From Nitrosospira sp. (lineage in GTDB: Bacteria; Pseudomonadota; Gammaproteobacteria; Burkholderiales; Nitrosomonadaceae), in assembly GCA_013821425.1 (NCBI GenBank), contig JACDGV010000006.1, positions 10,146 to 74,145 of the forward strand: a stretch of 64,000 nt of DNA. Reading direction: 5' to 3'. The notes below the pieces were generated by a model, which was given only the letters and a program-made list of their open reading frames with translations, was not told where the DNA came from and searched no databases. Shown one piece after another: positions 1 through 9,860 of the stretch; within the stretch, counting starts at the first letter, position 1, and the number at the start of each line of letters is the position of its first letter. Made by a program: the position numbers and the translations under genes.

Positions 1-105
1 AAAATTGCGAGTGAACGTTTCAACTACGAGACTGGTCTCCAGATAAGGGTAGGTGTGCAGGACGAATGCGGGCTGGTCGTCTTGACGGTGTTTATCGACA
101 ACCAT
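1..105 (-). CDS. recO: DNA repair protein RecO, first 35 codons only (gene runs off the left edge)
   Basis: My own minus-strand translation from the ATG at 103-105 gives MVVDKHRQDDQPAFVLHTYPYLETSLVVETFTRNF, the conserved RecO N-terminus. It lies directly downstream of era, the usual proteobacterial order. It is absent from the ORF track because the window edge truncates it. Confidence 0.75.
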   Translation of the reverse strand, partial: MVVDKHRQDDQPAFVLHTYPYLETSLVVETFTRNF

Positions 106-124
106 GAATTATTCAGAAGCCGGC

Positions 125-1036
125 TTATTCATACCCGAGGTTTTTCAACGCCCGGGCATCGCCGGCCCAGCCACTTTTCACTTTTACCCAGACCTTGAGA
201 TACACCTTGCCGCCAAAATTTTCTTCCATATCCTTGCGTGCCTTGGTGGCAATCAGTTTGAGTTTTTCCCCGCCCTTGCCAATGATCATCGCTTTCTGGC
301 TAGGCTTGTCGACAATGATTGAGGCATGAATTTTACGCAGTTCACCTTCGGTTACGAATCTGTCCACGACGACGCTGATGGAATAGGGTATTTCTTCGCC
401 CAGCAACCGGAATAGTTTCTCGCGGACCAATTCAGCGGCGATGAAGCGTTCATCGCGATCGGTAACTTCGTCTTCAGCAAAAAATGGCGGGTTCGTCGGC
501 AGATACGGACGGATGGTACTTAGCAGCGCCGACAACTGCGTCCCTTCCTCCGCGCTTATCGGGACGATTGCCGCGAAGGCAAATTCCTTTGACATTTTCT
601 CGATGAAGGGGAGTAGCTGGGATTTGTCTCCCAGTCGGTCAACCTTGTTGATGGCAAGAATCACGGGCCGGTCTGCAGGCAGAAGCTTTATTACCAGCTT
701 GTCGCGGTCGTCACAGCGCATCGCCTCAAGCACCAGGATCACCACATCGACATCGCGCATGCTTTGGGTAACCACACGGTTCATCGCACTGTGCAGACGA
801 TTCGTATGCCGTTTCTGAAAACCGGGCGTATCGACAAAAATAAACTGCGATTGTGCGTCGGTGAGTATGCCGGTAATGCGATGCCGAGTGGTTTGTGGCT
901 TGTTCGAGGTAATACTGATTTTCTGACCGACCAACTTGTTAAGCAGCGTGGATTTCCCAACATTGGGACGCCCTGTGATCGCTATATAGCCACAACGATA
1001 TTCAGGAGAAGGGGCGTGATCGAGATCATCCGTCAT
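125..1036 (-). CDS. era: GTPase Era
   Basis: 303-aa ORF. G1 motif [20 protein letters not shown], and a C-terminal KH-like region. Sits in the rnc-era-recO arrangement. Confidence 0.97.
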   Translation of the reverse strand: MTDDLDHAPSPEYRCGYIAITGRPNVGKSTLLNKLVGQKISITSNKPQTTRHRITGILTDAQSQFIFVDTPGFQKRHTNRLHSAMNRVVTQSMRDVDVVILVLEAMRCDDRDKLVIKLLPADRPVILAINKVDRLGDKSQLLPFIEKMSKEFAFAAIVPISAEEGTQLSALLSTIRPYLPTNPPFFAEDEVTDRDERFIAAELVREKLFRLLGEEIPYSISVVVDRFVTEGELRKIHASIIVDKPSQKAMIIGKGGEKLKLIATKARKDMEENFGGKVYLKVWVKVKSGWAGDARALKNLGYE

Positions 1037-1153
1037 CGCTGGGGAGAATCCACGGAAGACGGAGAATCTGCCGGTAAAATACCCGGCAGGGGCGAGGGTT
1101 CCAGGAAATCTCCGAACAAGGTCAGTGCGCGGGCGAGCATGTTCGGAGTTGGC

Positions 1154-1828
1154 TTAACTCGGCGGATAAAGTATTTCATAAGCTTGTCTTGCCGCTTCCT
1201 GTTCCGCGCTCCGCCGGGACGCGCCTTCACCGACAGTGCGAAGGTCCGGTTTAGCGATCATGCACTCCACTTTGAATTGCTGCTGGTGAGCTTCGCCCGA
1301 GGTCTCTATTACCGTATATTGGGGTAGTGTCAGCCGGCGAGCCTGGAGGTATTCTTGCAGAAGCGTCTTGGGGTCCTTGCCAAAAGTTCGAGCATCCAGT
1401 TCCTGCAGCGAGGGAGAGAAAAGGACTGCAACGATATTCTCGGCTGGTGCGAAACCGCCGTCCAGGTATATTGCTCCCAATACGGCCTCCAGCGCATCCG
1501 CGATAATCGAAGGGCGCTGGGCGCCGCCACTTTTGAGTTCTCCGTCGCCAAGCCTGATCAGTTTCCCCAATTCAAGCATCTGCGCCAGTTGTGCCAGCAT
1601 CTGCTGATTAACCAGATTGGCGCGGACCCGAGATAAGTTGCCTTCGGTGAGGTCTGGGAAGCGCCGGAATATCAACCCGGCGACTGCACAATTGAGCACG
1701 CTGTCGCCAAGAAACTCCAGGCGTTCGTTATTCGGAAATCCATGACTGCGGTGAGTCAATGCCTGCCGCAGCAACTCCGGGCGATTGAATGTATAACCCA
1801 TTCTACGGCAGAATTCATTGTTATCCAT
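1154..1828 (-). CDS. rnc: Ribonuclease III
   Basis: 224-aa ORF with the RNase III signature [12 protein letters not shown] and a C-terminal dsRBD-like region. Lies between lepB and era. Confidence 0.97.
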   Translation of the reverse strand: MDNNEFCRRMGYTFNRPELLRQALTHRSHGFPNNERLEFLGDSVLNCAVAGLIFRRFPDLTEGNLSRVRANLVNQQMLAQLAQMLELGKLIRLGDGELKSGGAQRPSIIADALEAVLGAIYLDGGFAPAENIVAVLFSPSLQELDARTFGKDPKTLLQEYLQARRLTLPQYTVIETSGEAHQQQFKVECMIAKPDLRTVGEGASRRSAEQEAARQAYEILYPPS

Positions 1829-1956
1829 ATTGTGACAAGGTTAGCTGCAGCGGTTATCCCATTTGCTCCGGCCGGCCTTGCATTGCGAAAACAGGCGTTT
1901 TCGCGTTTCCGCTTCCTGCCCAGGTTTCTCCGCTCTACCCGCAACCGGGCGTGGAG

Positions 1957-2760
1957 TTACTGGATAGACAATCCGATTCGCTTGAAATCGCCGAAGTTCC
2001 ACCAGATCATGAAGGCCTTGCCGACGATATTGCGTTCGGGAACGAATCCCCAGTAGCGACTATCGCTGCTACTATCCCGATTATCGCCCATTGTAAAGTA
2101 GTTGCCGGGAGGCACCTTGCACGTAAACCCTCTGTCATCGTAGCTGCAGTTCTGGTGATATGGAAACGGATGCACGCTGGAGAGCTGAATATCAGGCACC
2201 TCGGGGTTGATCAGGATATCGTGTTCCTGTGCTCCCAGGGATTCGCTATAGCGGCGGTTATAGATGTAATTCAGGCCGGATTCCACATAAGTATATTCTC
2301 CTCGCGATTCCATCTTCACTGGGGCGCCATTGATCGTCAATCGCTTGTCACGGTAGGTAACCGTATCCCCAGGCACGCCAACAATGCGTTTGATGTAGTC
2401 CATTGATGGATTCACCGGGTAACGGAATACCATTACCTCGCCTCGCCGCGGCTCGTTTATATCCAGCACCTTGATATTAACGACCGGCAGCCGAATACCA
2501 TAGGTATATTTATTCACCAGGATAAAATCCCCCACCAGCAGAGTCGGAATCATTGAACCCGATGGAATCTTGAAGGGCTCCACCAGGAATGACCGCAGGC
2601 AGAAGACGATGAGAATTACGGGAAAAAAGCTTTTCGGATACTCTACCCACCATGGCCCCTCGGCTTCGGGTGCACGATGGCGCCGAAGCACGAAACGATC
2701 GAGCAACGCGATGCCGCCGGTAATCACCAGCAGTATCAGCATGATGAGGGGGAAATTCAT
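1957..2760 (-). CDS. lepB: Signal peptidase I
   Basis: 267-aa ORF. N-terminal TM segment, catalytic Ser box SGSMIPTL, and the GDNRDSSSDSRYWG box. Confidence 0.95.
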   Translation of the reverse strand: MNFPLIMLILLVITGGIALLDRFVLRRHRAPEAEGPWWVEYPKSFFPVILIVFCLRSFLVEPFKIPSGSMIPTLLVGDFILVNKYTYGIRLPVVNIKVLDINEPRRGEVMVFRYPVNPSMDYIKRIVGVPGDTVTYRDKRLTINGAPVKMESRGEYTYVESGLNYIYNRRYSESLGAQEHDILINPEVPDIQLSSVHPFPYHQNCSYDDRGFTCKVPPGNYFTMGDNRDSSSDSRYWGFVPERNIVGKAFMIWWNFGDFKRIGLSIQ

Positions 2761-2857
2761 TGCTATTCCTTATTCTTAGAGTAGAAAATGTCCTGTCGGG
2801 CAATAACTGCCGGAGGTTAAGCTTTTCAATATCCCCACGCGCTGACTCTTTTGCTGT

Positions 2858-4651
2858 CTATTTGTCGCCGACCTGCAGAATCGCAAGAAAAGCTTCCTGC
2901 GGGATCTCCACGTTTCCGACTTGTTTCATTCGCTTTTTCCCGGCCTTTTGTTTTTCCAGCAGCTTGCGTTTGCGGGAAATATCGCCGCCGTAGCACTTGG
3001 CGATGACATTTTTGCGCAGGGCCTTGATGCTTTCCCTAGCAATGATGTGCGAGCCAACCGCTGCCTGCACAGCTATATCGAACATCTGCCGGGGAATCAA
3101 TTCACGCATTTTCTGGGCCAGGTCGCGCCCGCGGTACTGGCTATTGCTGCGGTGAACAATCAGGGATAGCGCGTCCACTTTTTCGCCGTTAATAAGAATA
3201 TCCAGCTTGACCAGATCGGAAGCGTGGAATTCCTTGAACTCGTAATCGAGCGACGCGTAGCCTCGGCTGGTGGATTTCAGCCTGTCAAAAAAATCCATCA
3301 CGACTTCGTTGAGCGGGATTTCATAGGTGAGCATTACCTGCCTGCCCATGTATTGCATGTTTTTCTGCGCCCCCCGCTTGCTGATGCAGAGTGTTATAAC
3401 CGCTCCAACGTATTCCTGAGGAACAAGGATCGTGGCGGTGATGATCGGTTCGCGGATTTCGGCTATTTTGGAGGGATCGGGTAACTTCGACGGATTTTCG
3501 ATTTCAGTTATCGAGCCGTCCCGCAGTTCTATCTGATACACCACTGTTGGCGCGGTGGTGATGAGGTCCATGCCATATTCCCGCTCCAGCCTCTCCTGCA
3601 CGATATCGAGATGCAATAGACCGAGAAAACCGCAGCGGAAACCAAAACCCAGTGCTTGCGAGGTTTCCGGTTCATACTGTAATGATGAATCGTTAAGCTT
3701 CAGTTTCTCCAGCGCATCGCGCAGGGCCTCGTACTGATTGGATTCCACCGGATAAAGTCCGGCGAATACCTGGGGTTTTATTTCCTTGAAGCCGAGCAGC
3801 GGCTGTGCCGCCGGCCGGTCCATCAACGTCACCGTGTCGCCAACCTTGGCGGATTTCAATTCCTTGATGCCGGAAATAATAAAACCCACTTCGCCTGCGC
3901 CAAGAGCTTCCCGGTTCTTTGATTTTGGCGTGAATACACCGACTTGTTCGCATAGGTGCACGGCTTTGCTCGCCATGAGCAATATCTTGTCTTTCGGTCT
4001 GAGTACGCCATCCAGAACCCGCACCAGCATCACCACGCCAACGTAGTTGTCAAACCATGAATCGATAATCAAGGCTTTCAGCGGAGCAGCGGGATCTCCC
4101 CTTGGGGGCGGGATCCGCGAAATAACCGCTTCCAGGATTTCCCGCACCCCTTGGCCGGTCTTGGCACTGGCATGCAGCGCATGCTGTGCGTCTATACCGA
4201 TGATGTCCTCTATTTCCTTGATTACCCGCTCCGGCTCCGCGGCAGGCAAGTCGATTTTGTTCAATACGGGAACTACTTCCACTCCTTGTTCGATGGCGGT
4301 GTAGCAATTGGCGACGGTCTGGGCTTCCACGCCTTGCGAGGCGTCAACCACCAGGAGCGCGCCTTCACAGGCGGCGAGCGAACGTGATACTTCATAGGAG
4401 AAGTCGACATGGCCTGGTGTATCGATCAGGTTCAGGGAATAGTTTTTTCCATCGAGCGACCGGTACTCCAGAGCAGCCGTCTGCGCCTTGATGGTAATTC
4501 CACGTTCTCGCTCGAGGTCCATTGAATCCAGGACCTGTTCCTCCATCTCGCGGTCCGACAGGCCACCGCACAGATGGATGATACGGTCGGCCAGGGTGGA
4601 TTTACCGTGATCTATATGGGCGATAATGGAAAAATTACGAATGTGCTGCAT
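2858..4651 (-). CDS. lepA: Elongation factor 4 (LepA)
   Basis: The track ORF is 2858..4705. The conserved N-terminus starts at internal M19 ([23 protein letters not shown]), so I place the start at 4651. DTPGH and NKID GTPase motifs are present. Confidence 0.96.
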   Translation of the reverse strand: MQHIRNFSIIAHIDHGKSTLADRIIHLCGGLSDREMEEQVLDSMDLERERGITIKAQTAALEYRSLDGKNYSLNLIDTPGHVDFSYEVSRSLAACEGALLVVDASQGVEAQTVANCYTAIEQGVEVVPVLNKIDLPAAEPERVIKEIEDIIGIDAQHALHASAKTGQGVREILEAVISRIPPPRGDPAAPLKALIIDSWFDNYVGVVMLVRVLDGVLRPKDKILLMASKAVHLCEQVGVFTPKSKNREALGAGEVGFIISGIKELKSAKVGDTVTLMDRPAAQPLLGFKEIKPQVFAGLYPVESNQYEALRDALEKLKLNDSSLQYEPETSQALGFGFRCGFLGLLHLDIVQERLEREYGMDLITTAPTVVYQIELRDGSITEIENPSKLPDPSKIAEIREPIITATILVPQEYVGAVITLCISKRGAQKNMQYMGRQVMLTYEIPLNEVVMDFFDRLKSTSRGYASLDYEFKEFHASDLVKLDILINGEKVDALSLIVHRSNSQYRGRDLAQKMRELIPRQMFDIAVQAAVGSHIIARESIKALRKNVIAKCYGGDISRKRKLLEKQKAGKKRMKQVGNVEIPQEAFLAILQVGDK

Positions 4652-4706
4652 CAGGATCGGAATCGATAATCGGGAAAGGTAATGACCAGGATGATGCCAG
4701 AACAAC

Positions 4707-4734
4707 TAAAAAGGGCACGTGCCGTGCCCTTTTG
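4707..4734 (-). terminator. Rho-independent terminator hairpin between the grx-like gene and lepA (symmetric, could act on either strand)
   Basis: TAAAAAGGGCACG-TGC-CGTGCCCTTTT: a 7-bp GC-rich stem with a 3-nt loop. It is flanked by an A-run on one side and a T-run on the other, so the minus-strand transcript ends in a U-tract. It lies 70 nt downstream of the 4804 stop. Confidence 0.6.
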
Positions 4735-4803
4735 AAAGCCTCCCGCATGGTCGGGGGAGGCTTTGCACAGATCGACCGTCTCTTTACTCAAGAAGTGCGC
4801 ATT

Positions 4804-5085
4804 CTAGCGAATTTTAGCGAAATAAGCATCCAGCCCAACAAGATCGAGCTGGTAATGACAAAGTTCCTCGTCTCCAGCTACCAGAACCGGAACGCGTTCG
4901 CCGTATCGCGACCTGAGATCGTCATCGCTGTCCACATCCGTCACTTCCAGGCGAAAATGCAGTTGCGCCTGCAATTCTCGCAGGGCAGCAACCATGTTCT
5001 CGCAGAGGTGGCAATGCTTCCTGCCGTAGACGGTCAACGCCAGGGAATCGCGATTGGCCGGGCTACCTATTATTGTTTCCGCCAT
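4804..5085 (-). CDS. Glutaredoxin-family small thiol-disulfide protein (DUF836-like)
   Basis: 93-aa ORF. It has LTVYGRKHCHLCE (CxxC after beta1) and VPVL further on. The ATG at 5085 overlaps the degP stop by 23 nt, so a TTG at about 5037 is an alternative start. Confidence 0.8.
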   Translation of the reverse strand: MAETIIGSPANRDSLALTVYGRKHCHLCENMVAALRELQAQLHFRLEVTDVDSDDDLRSRYGERVPVLVAGDEELCHYQLDLVGLDAYFAKIR

Positions 5086-6475
5086 TAAGTTTCATCGTGA
5101 TGAAAGTCGCCGTATCGCCCCGCCTTATCAGCAGTGCGATGTTGCGTCCCTTCGGGATCTTGTTGAGTAACTGGTTGAACTCATCGACGGTTTTTACATC
5201 CTGGTTGTTAATGCTTAGAATTACGTCCCCCGGACGGATACCCGCGCGACTGGCAATGCCGGGCACCATATCCTCGACCAGCAGGCCGCTTTCTATTTCC
5301 AGTTGCTTCTTCTGCTCGGCGCTGAGTTCGCTGAGGCTCAGCCCCACACGATTCGATGTATCCGGGGCCTTGCCCCGCTTACCGCGTGCCGCGGGTTTTT
5401 CATCGGGCGGAAGTTCATCCACCGTAACTGTCAATTCCCTCGTGGCTCCATTCCGCCATACCTGCACCGGAACATTCGCGCCCGGCTTGGTAGCGCCTAC
5501 GATCCGTGGCAAATCCCCCGAGGAATTGACAGGCTTGCCGTCAAATTTCAGGATAACGTCTCTTGCCTCGATCCCTGCCTTCTCCGCGGGACCGTCTTTT
5601 TGTACCGACGCGACAAGCGCGCCACTGGGTTTCGGTAATCCGAAGGACTCTGCCAGTTCCTTGGTGACTTCCTGAATCAGTACGCCAATTCTGCCACGGC
5701 TTACCTTGCCGCTGGCGATCAACTGGTTTGAGATATCGGTTGCCACGTCAATCGGAATGGCAAATGACAGGCCCATGAATCCGCCGGTACGGCTATAGAT
5801 TTGCGAATTGATGCCCACCACCTCTCCCCTCATGTTGAATAAAGGGCCGCCCGAGTTACCGGGATTGATCGCTACATCGGTTTGTATGAAAGGCACGAAA
5901 TTTTCCTGCGCCAGCGATCGTCCCTTTGCGCTGACAATGCCAGCGGTTACGCTGTTCTCGAACCCGAAAGGCGCGCCGATGGCCACCACCCATTCGCCCA
6001 CCTTGAGGTTTTCCGGATTGCCCTGGGTTATTTTAGGCAAGGCGCTGGCTTCAATTTTCAGGAGCGCTATGTCGGTCCTGCGGTCGGCCCCGATCAGCTT
6101 GGCGCGGTGCTCACTCTTGTCGTGAAGTTTTACGTTGATTTCATCCGCCGAATCCACTAGATGCGCATTGGTAAGGATGTAACCGTCCGAACTGATGATA
6201 AAGCCCGAGCCCATGGATTTGGATTCGAAATCCTTTGGGCTTCCGTGGGGGGGCATGTGGCGGCGGAAAAATTCAAAAAATGGGTCGTCCTCCGGAATAT
6301 TGGGCATTCCGGGAAAAATCCGGTTGACCATGCTAGGGGCTTGCACGGTGCTGATATTCACGACGGCGGAGCCCTCTCTTTCGACCAGACCGGTGAAATC
6401 AGGTAATTCCTGTACTTGTGCGAAAACCGTGGTAGACAACCCGAACAGTGCCGCCAGAATAAATTTAAGTATCAT
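5063..6475 (-). CDS. degP: Periplasmic HtrA-family serine endoprotease (DegP/DegQ/MucD type) with two PDZ domains
   Basis: The track ORF extends to 6499. ATG M9 (MILKFILAALFGLSTTVFAQ, a signal peptide) is preceded by AAGG, so I place the start at 6475. Catalytic motif GNSGGPL is present, followed by two PDZ-like regions. Confidence 0.93.
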   Translation of the reverse strand: MILKFILAALFGLSTTVFAQVQELPDFTGLVEREGSAVVNISTVQAPSMVNRIFPGMPNIPEDDPFFEFFRRHMPPHGSPKDFESKSMGSGFIISSDGYILTNAHLVDSADEINVKLHDKSEHRAKLIGADRRTDIALLKIEASALPKITQGNPENLKVGEWVVAIGAPFGFENSVTAGIVSAKGRSLAQENFVPFIQTDVAINPGNSGGPLFNMRGEVVGINSQIYSRTGGFMGLSFAIPIDVATDISNQLIASGKVSRGRIGVLIQEVTKELAESFGLPKPSGALVASVQKDGPAEKAGIEARDVILKFDGKPVNSSGDLPRIVGATKPGANVPVQVWRNGATRELTVTVDELPPDEKPAARGKRGKAPDTSNRVGLSLSELSAEQKKQLEIESGLLVEDMVPGIASRAGIRPGDVILSINNQDVKTVDEFNQLLNKIPKGRNIALLIRRGDTATFITMKLNGGNNNR

Positions 6476-6785
6476 TTTTCGCCTTCGGTACAAAAACAAA
6501 AAGAAAAATATACCAGTGCATTACCTTGCCTCGAAATCTATGATACCAAACTGCGCTGTTGAATGAGGCACAAATGCTGCCTAAAAGTTCAAACACAGGA
6601 TTCTGTTTCACGGGGTCCTCCATTTGGTCGCATACAACCTTTGATCAGCTTTGCGCCGGATAAAGGAAGCAACCCATTTTGCGCTTGACCACCCTGTCAA
6701 GTGATGTTGAAACATGATGTAAGAACAAATGAACGTCTTGTCAGGAATCCCCTGCATCCCTGCTGCGCGATTAATGTTAGCTTTA

Positions 6786-6820
6786 CATCGTATGAAGATT
6801 TTCAGTTTCATCATACGATG
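6786..6820 (+). promoter_or_regulatory. 10-bp perfect inverted repeat (candidate operator or 5'-leader hairpin) upstream of the TonB-dependent receptor gene
   Basis: CATCGTATGA-N15-TCATACGATG, ending about 40 nt before the ATG at 6862. The AT-rich spacer is AGATTTTCAGTTTCA. No known box consensus (Fur or Zur) fits it cleanly. Confidence 0.3.
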
Positions 6821-6861
6821 GACGTAGCCTTCGTTATCGCACAAGAAAGGGAGAGGGAGAG

Positions 6862-9093
6862 ATGGGTGCGTTTTTAGGATTAAGGCGACGAGGTAGCGCT
6901 TTTGCCTTAATGATAACCTGCAGTTTTATGGCTCAGGCTCAACAAGAGGATAAAGCCGGGAAGGTAACTGACGATAAACCGAAGGTGGTCCGAGCTGCAA
7001 ATGATACCAAGGATGCAAAAGACATTTCGTATGAAGAGGCTGGTATAAAACTCGCCCTGAATACCCAGCAGATCGTCAGGCTGGACCCGCTGATAATCAA
7101 GGGACAAGCGCAGACGATCAGCAGAAACCAGCCATTCAGCGTCCAGGTCTTTGACAAGGAATTTATAGCCGAACGCCAGGTTTCGCAGCTGGAGCAGCTT
7201 TTTCGTGAAACCGCCGGGATGGAAGTGCGTGGGCTTGGCTATGGCAGTGTTGCCAATTCCATTACCCTGCGTGGGTTTTCGGGCGGCGGACACGGGGGCG
7301 ACATAGGTTTTGTGGTCGACGGAATTCCGCTAAACGAAGCATCCAGTCATGCCGACGGGTATGCGGACCTGAGCGTGATCGTGCCGCTTGAAATCAATGC
7401 CATGCGGATTTTTAAAGGCCCCGTATCGGCCTTGTACGGAAATTTCAACCGGGCTGGCGTGATTGCGCTGGAAACCCGCCGATCCGGCAAATATGCGGAA
7501 GTGGATGTGCGGGGAGGGATGTTCGGCACGGCAGACCTGCAAGCTGCGGCTGGGGGCAATCTATATGGGGTGGATTTGAACGCAGCCGTTCAGACCTACT
7601 ACACCAATGGCTTTCGGCCGCAGTCGAATAGCGAGCGTTATACCGGATCGGTCAGCGCCGGCTATGATTTCTCCGACAAGACCCGATTTTCGATCGCAGG
7701 CCGGGTTCACATGGCCGAAGCAGATACGGCCTCCGTCATAACCCAGGCGCAATACGATAACCGGCGCAACCAGAAAGCCTTTTTCGCCAAAGATCCCAAT
7801 GTTCAGAACGATGGCACCGACAAGGATTTCTATACTGTACGCGGCGACCTTTCTCATGCTTTTACGCCGCAGATAACAGCTGCCGCATTCGCCTACGCCA
7901 CGACACAGACGTTTCGCCGGTCATTTACCCGGCTTACCAATGCGACCACCTGGCAGCAACGGCAGGAAGACTACGACCGCGATGTGCTGGGATTTGGCGT
8001 TAATCTCAACGGGAAGCATGACCTGCTGCTAAAACCCTTGAGGTGGACGCTAGGAGTGGAGCGTTACGAGGAGAATACCTTGTACAAGTATGCGGACGCG
8101 CTAAATAACGGGCAATTTACCGCCGCGACCCTAACAGGAGGAGCCAACGGCGGCAGCGGCACGCTTAACCGCAATCTACGTACGAACTATATTTCCTTGT
8201 TCGCGCAGACGGAATGGGAGCTTAATCCCTATTTTCGTCCGTCTTTCGGAATCCGGAAAGATTTTATTGATGGAGGTTGTACAGGACGCGGTCTCGAAAC
8301 GCGTACGGGTGCGAGCGCCCAGTGCGGCAAGATGGCTGATTTCGACATTACCACACCTAAATTCGGATTCCGTTCCACGCTCTGGCCAAAATTGCTTGAA
8401 GGGCGGTTCAGCCTGGCCGAAGGTTTTGCGCTACCCAGCGATGCCGCGAAGTTTACACCTGGCATCAATGTAAAGCCTATCACCTTCAGGCAGCTTGAAC
8501 TGGGTTTTACGTTCACGCCGGGTTCGATGCTGGTGGTTGATATCGCGCATTACCAGATCGATAGCAAGAATGAAGTGGCGCTGCCAAACCCGCTGTTGCT
8601 CGATTATGTCAATATCGGAAAAACCAAGCGGATCGGTACCGAGGCGGAAATCCGGTTCCATCCCACAGACTGGTTTGAAGCAACCGCGGCGGTTTCCAGA
8701 TTCAACTCGAGAATTACCGAATCTCTCCAGCCGCATTTAATCGGGGCCAACGTTACCGGTGTGCCGCAAAACATGGCGACTTTTACGGGTACTGTACGGC
8801 CCATGAAAGGTGTCGCCATTACCGCGATCGGAAGGATCCTGGGGCGCTGGCCGATCAATCTGCCTTCGGCTACCGCAGGTCAGACCTACTATGACGGATA
8901 CGAAACGGTGGATCTGATAGCGAGTTACGAGCCAAAGCGTCAGCCAGGGAACGTACGCCAGCGTTATTTCATCCAGGTATTCAATCTTACCGACCAGCGC
9001 TATGCATCGTCCGCGGGCGTGACCGGCGGGGTGCGAACCTATAACCCTGCGCCGCCGCTTACGGTTCTGGTAGGTGCCTCGCTCAAATTTTAA
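6862..9093 (+). CDS. TonB-dependent outer-membrane receptor
   Basis: 743-aa ORF. It has a strong SD (GGGAGAGGGAGAG), a signal peptide ending AQAQ, a plug-like N-terminus, long beta-rich sequence, and a C-terminal ...LVGASLKF with terminal Phe. Confidence 0.92.
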   Translation: MGAFLGLRRRGSAFALMITCSFMAQAQQEDKAGKVTDDKPKVVRAANDTKDAKDISYEEAGIKLALNTQQIVRLDPLIIKGQAQTISRNQPFSVQVFDKEFIAERQVSQLEQLFRETAGMEVRGLGYGSVANSITLRGFSGGGHGGDIGFVVDGIPLNEASSHADGYADLSVIVPLEINAMRIFKGPVSALYGNFNRAGVIALETRRSGKYAEVDVRGGMFGTADLQAAAGGNLYGVDLNAAVQTYYTNGFRPQSNSERYTGSVSAGYDFSDKTRFSIAGRVHMAEADTASVITQAQYDNRRNQKAFFAKDPNVQNDGTDKDFYTVRGDLSHAFTPQITAAAFAYATTQTFRRSFTRLTNATTWQQRQEDYDRDVLGFGVNLNGKHDLLLKPLRWTLGVERYEENTLYKYADALNNGQFTAATLTGGANGGSGTLNRNLRTNYISLFAQTEWELNPYFRPSFGIRKDFIDGGCTGRGLETRTGASAQCGKMADFDITTPKFGFRSTLWPKLLEGRFSLAEGFALPSDAAKFTPGINVKPITFRQLELGFTFTPGSMLVVDIAHYQIDSKNEVALPNPLLLDYVNIGKTKRIGTEAEIRFHPTDWFEATAAVSRFNSRITESLQPHLIGANVTGVPQNMATFTGTVRPMKGVAITAIGRILGRWPINLPSATAGQTYYDGYETVDLIASYEPKRQPGNVRQRYFIQVFNLTDQRYASSAGVTGGVRTYNPAPPLTVLVGASLKF

Positions 9094-9143
9094 TCCCATT
9101 CATTCAAATTCATATTATCTATCGGACGACGGGAGGTGCAGCA

Positions 9144-9860
9144 ATGTTGCAAGCGCAGAATCTGACCAAGCATTACAACGACGTGGTCGCATTGGACGGG
9201 TTGAATCTGACCGTCATGGGTGGGGAAATTTTTTGTTTGCTGGGCGGTAACGGCGCCGGCAAGACGACCACTATCAACCTGTTTCTGAATTTTATCGCGC
9301 CTTCCGACGGCAAGGCGCTGGTCGATAACATCGATGTGGTCAAAAGTCCGGTCGAGGCAAAACGACGTATTGCCTACATTCCGGAAACGGTAATGTTATA
9401 CGGCAGCTTATCCGGCCTCGAGAATATTTCCTATTTTACAACACTCGCGCTCGGCGCAAGGCCGGCAGACGACGAATTGCTGGAACTTCTGGTTCAGGCA
9501 GGATTGGCAAAAGAGGCGGCTTTCAAGCGCGTTTCCGGTTATTCGAAAGGAATGCGGCAGAAGGTCGGGATTGCCATTGCAATGGCGAAGAATACAAAGG
9601 CGTTGCTGCTCGACGAGCCGACCTCGGGCCTCGATCCACAGGCGGCGAACGAGTTTGCGCGGTTGCTGGAGCAGTTGAAGAACAGGAATGTTGCCATTCT
9701 CATGACCACCCATGACCTTTTTCTTGCCAAGCAAACCGGTACTCGCGTCGGTATCATGCAGCGAGGTAAATTGATGTCCATACTTTCCACTGATGCCGTT
9801 GGCTCAGCCGATCTTGAACGCATTTACCTCGACATCTCAGGCAGCAGGTGGGCGGCATGA
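9144..9860 (+). CDS. ABC transporter ATP-binding protein (ABC-2 / CcmA-like)
   Basis: 238-aa ORF. Walker A GGNGAGKTT, signature-like YSKGMRQKV, Walker B LLLDEPTSGLD, and the H-loop TTHD. Confidence 0.93.
   Translation: MLQAQNLTKHYNDVVALDGLNLTVMGGEIFCLLGGNGAGKTTTINLFLNFIAPSDGKALVDNIDVVKSPVEAKRRIAYIPETVMLYGSLSGLENISYFTTLALGARPADDELLELLVQAGLAKEAAFKRVSGYSKGMRQKVGIAIAMAKNTKALLLDEPTSGLDPQAANEFARLLEQLKNRNVAILMTTHDLFLAKQTGTRVGIMQRGKLMSILSTDAVGSADLERIYLDISGSRWAA

Noticed and set aside
5073-5675. 200-aa plus-strand ORF opposite degP
   Set aside because: It is a Ser/Pro/Leu-rich shadow ORF, and the minus strand encodes the GNSGGPL protease.
6608-6844. 78-aa minus-strand ORF between degP and the TonB receptor
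   Set aside because: It has no SD and no recognisable motif, and it occupies the divergent promoter region that contains the inverted repeat.
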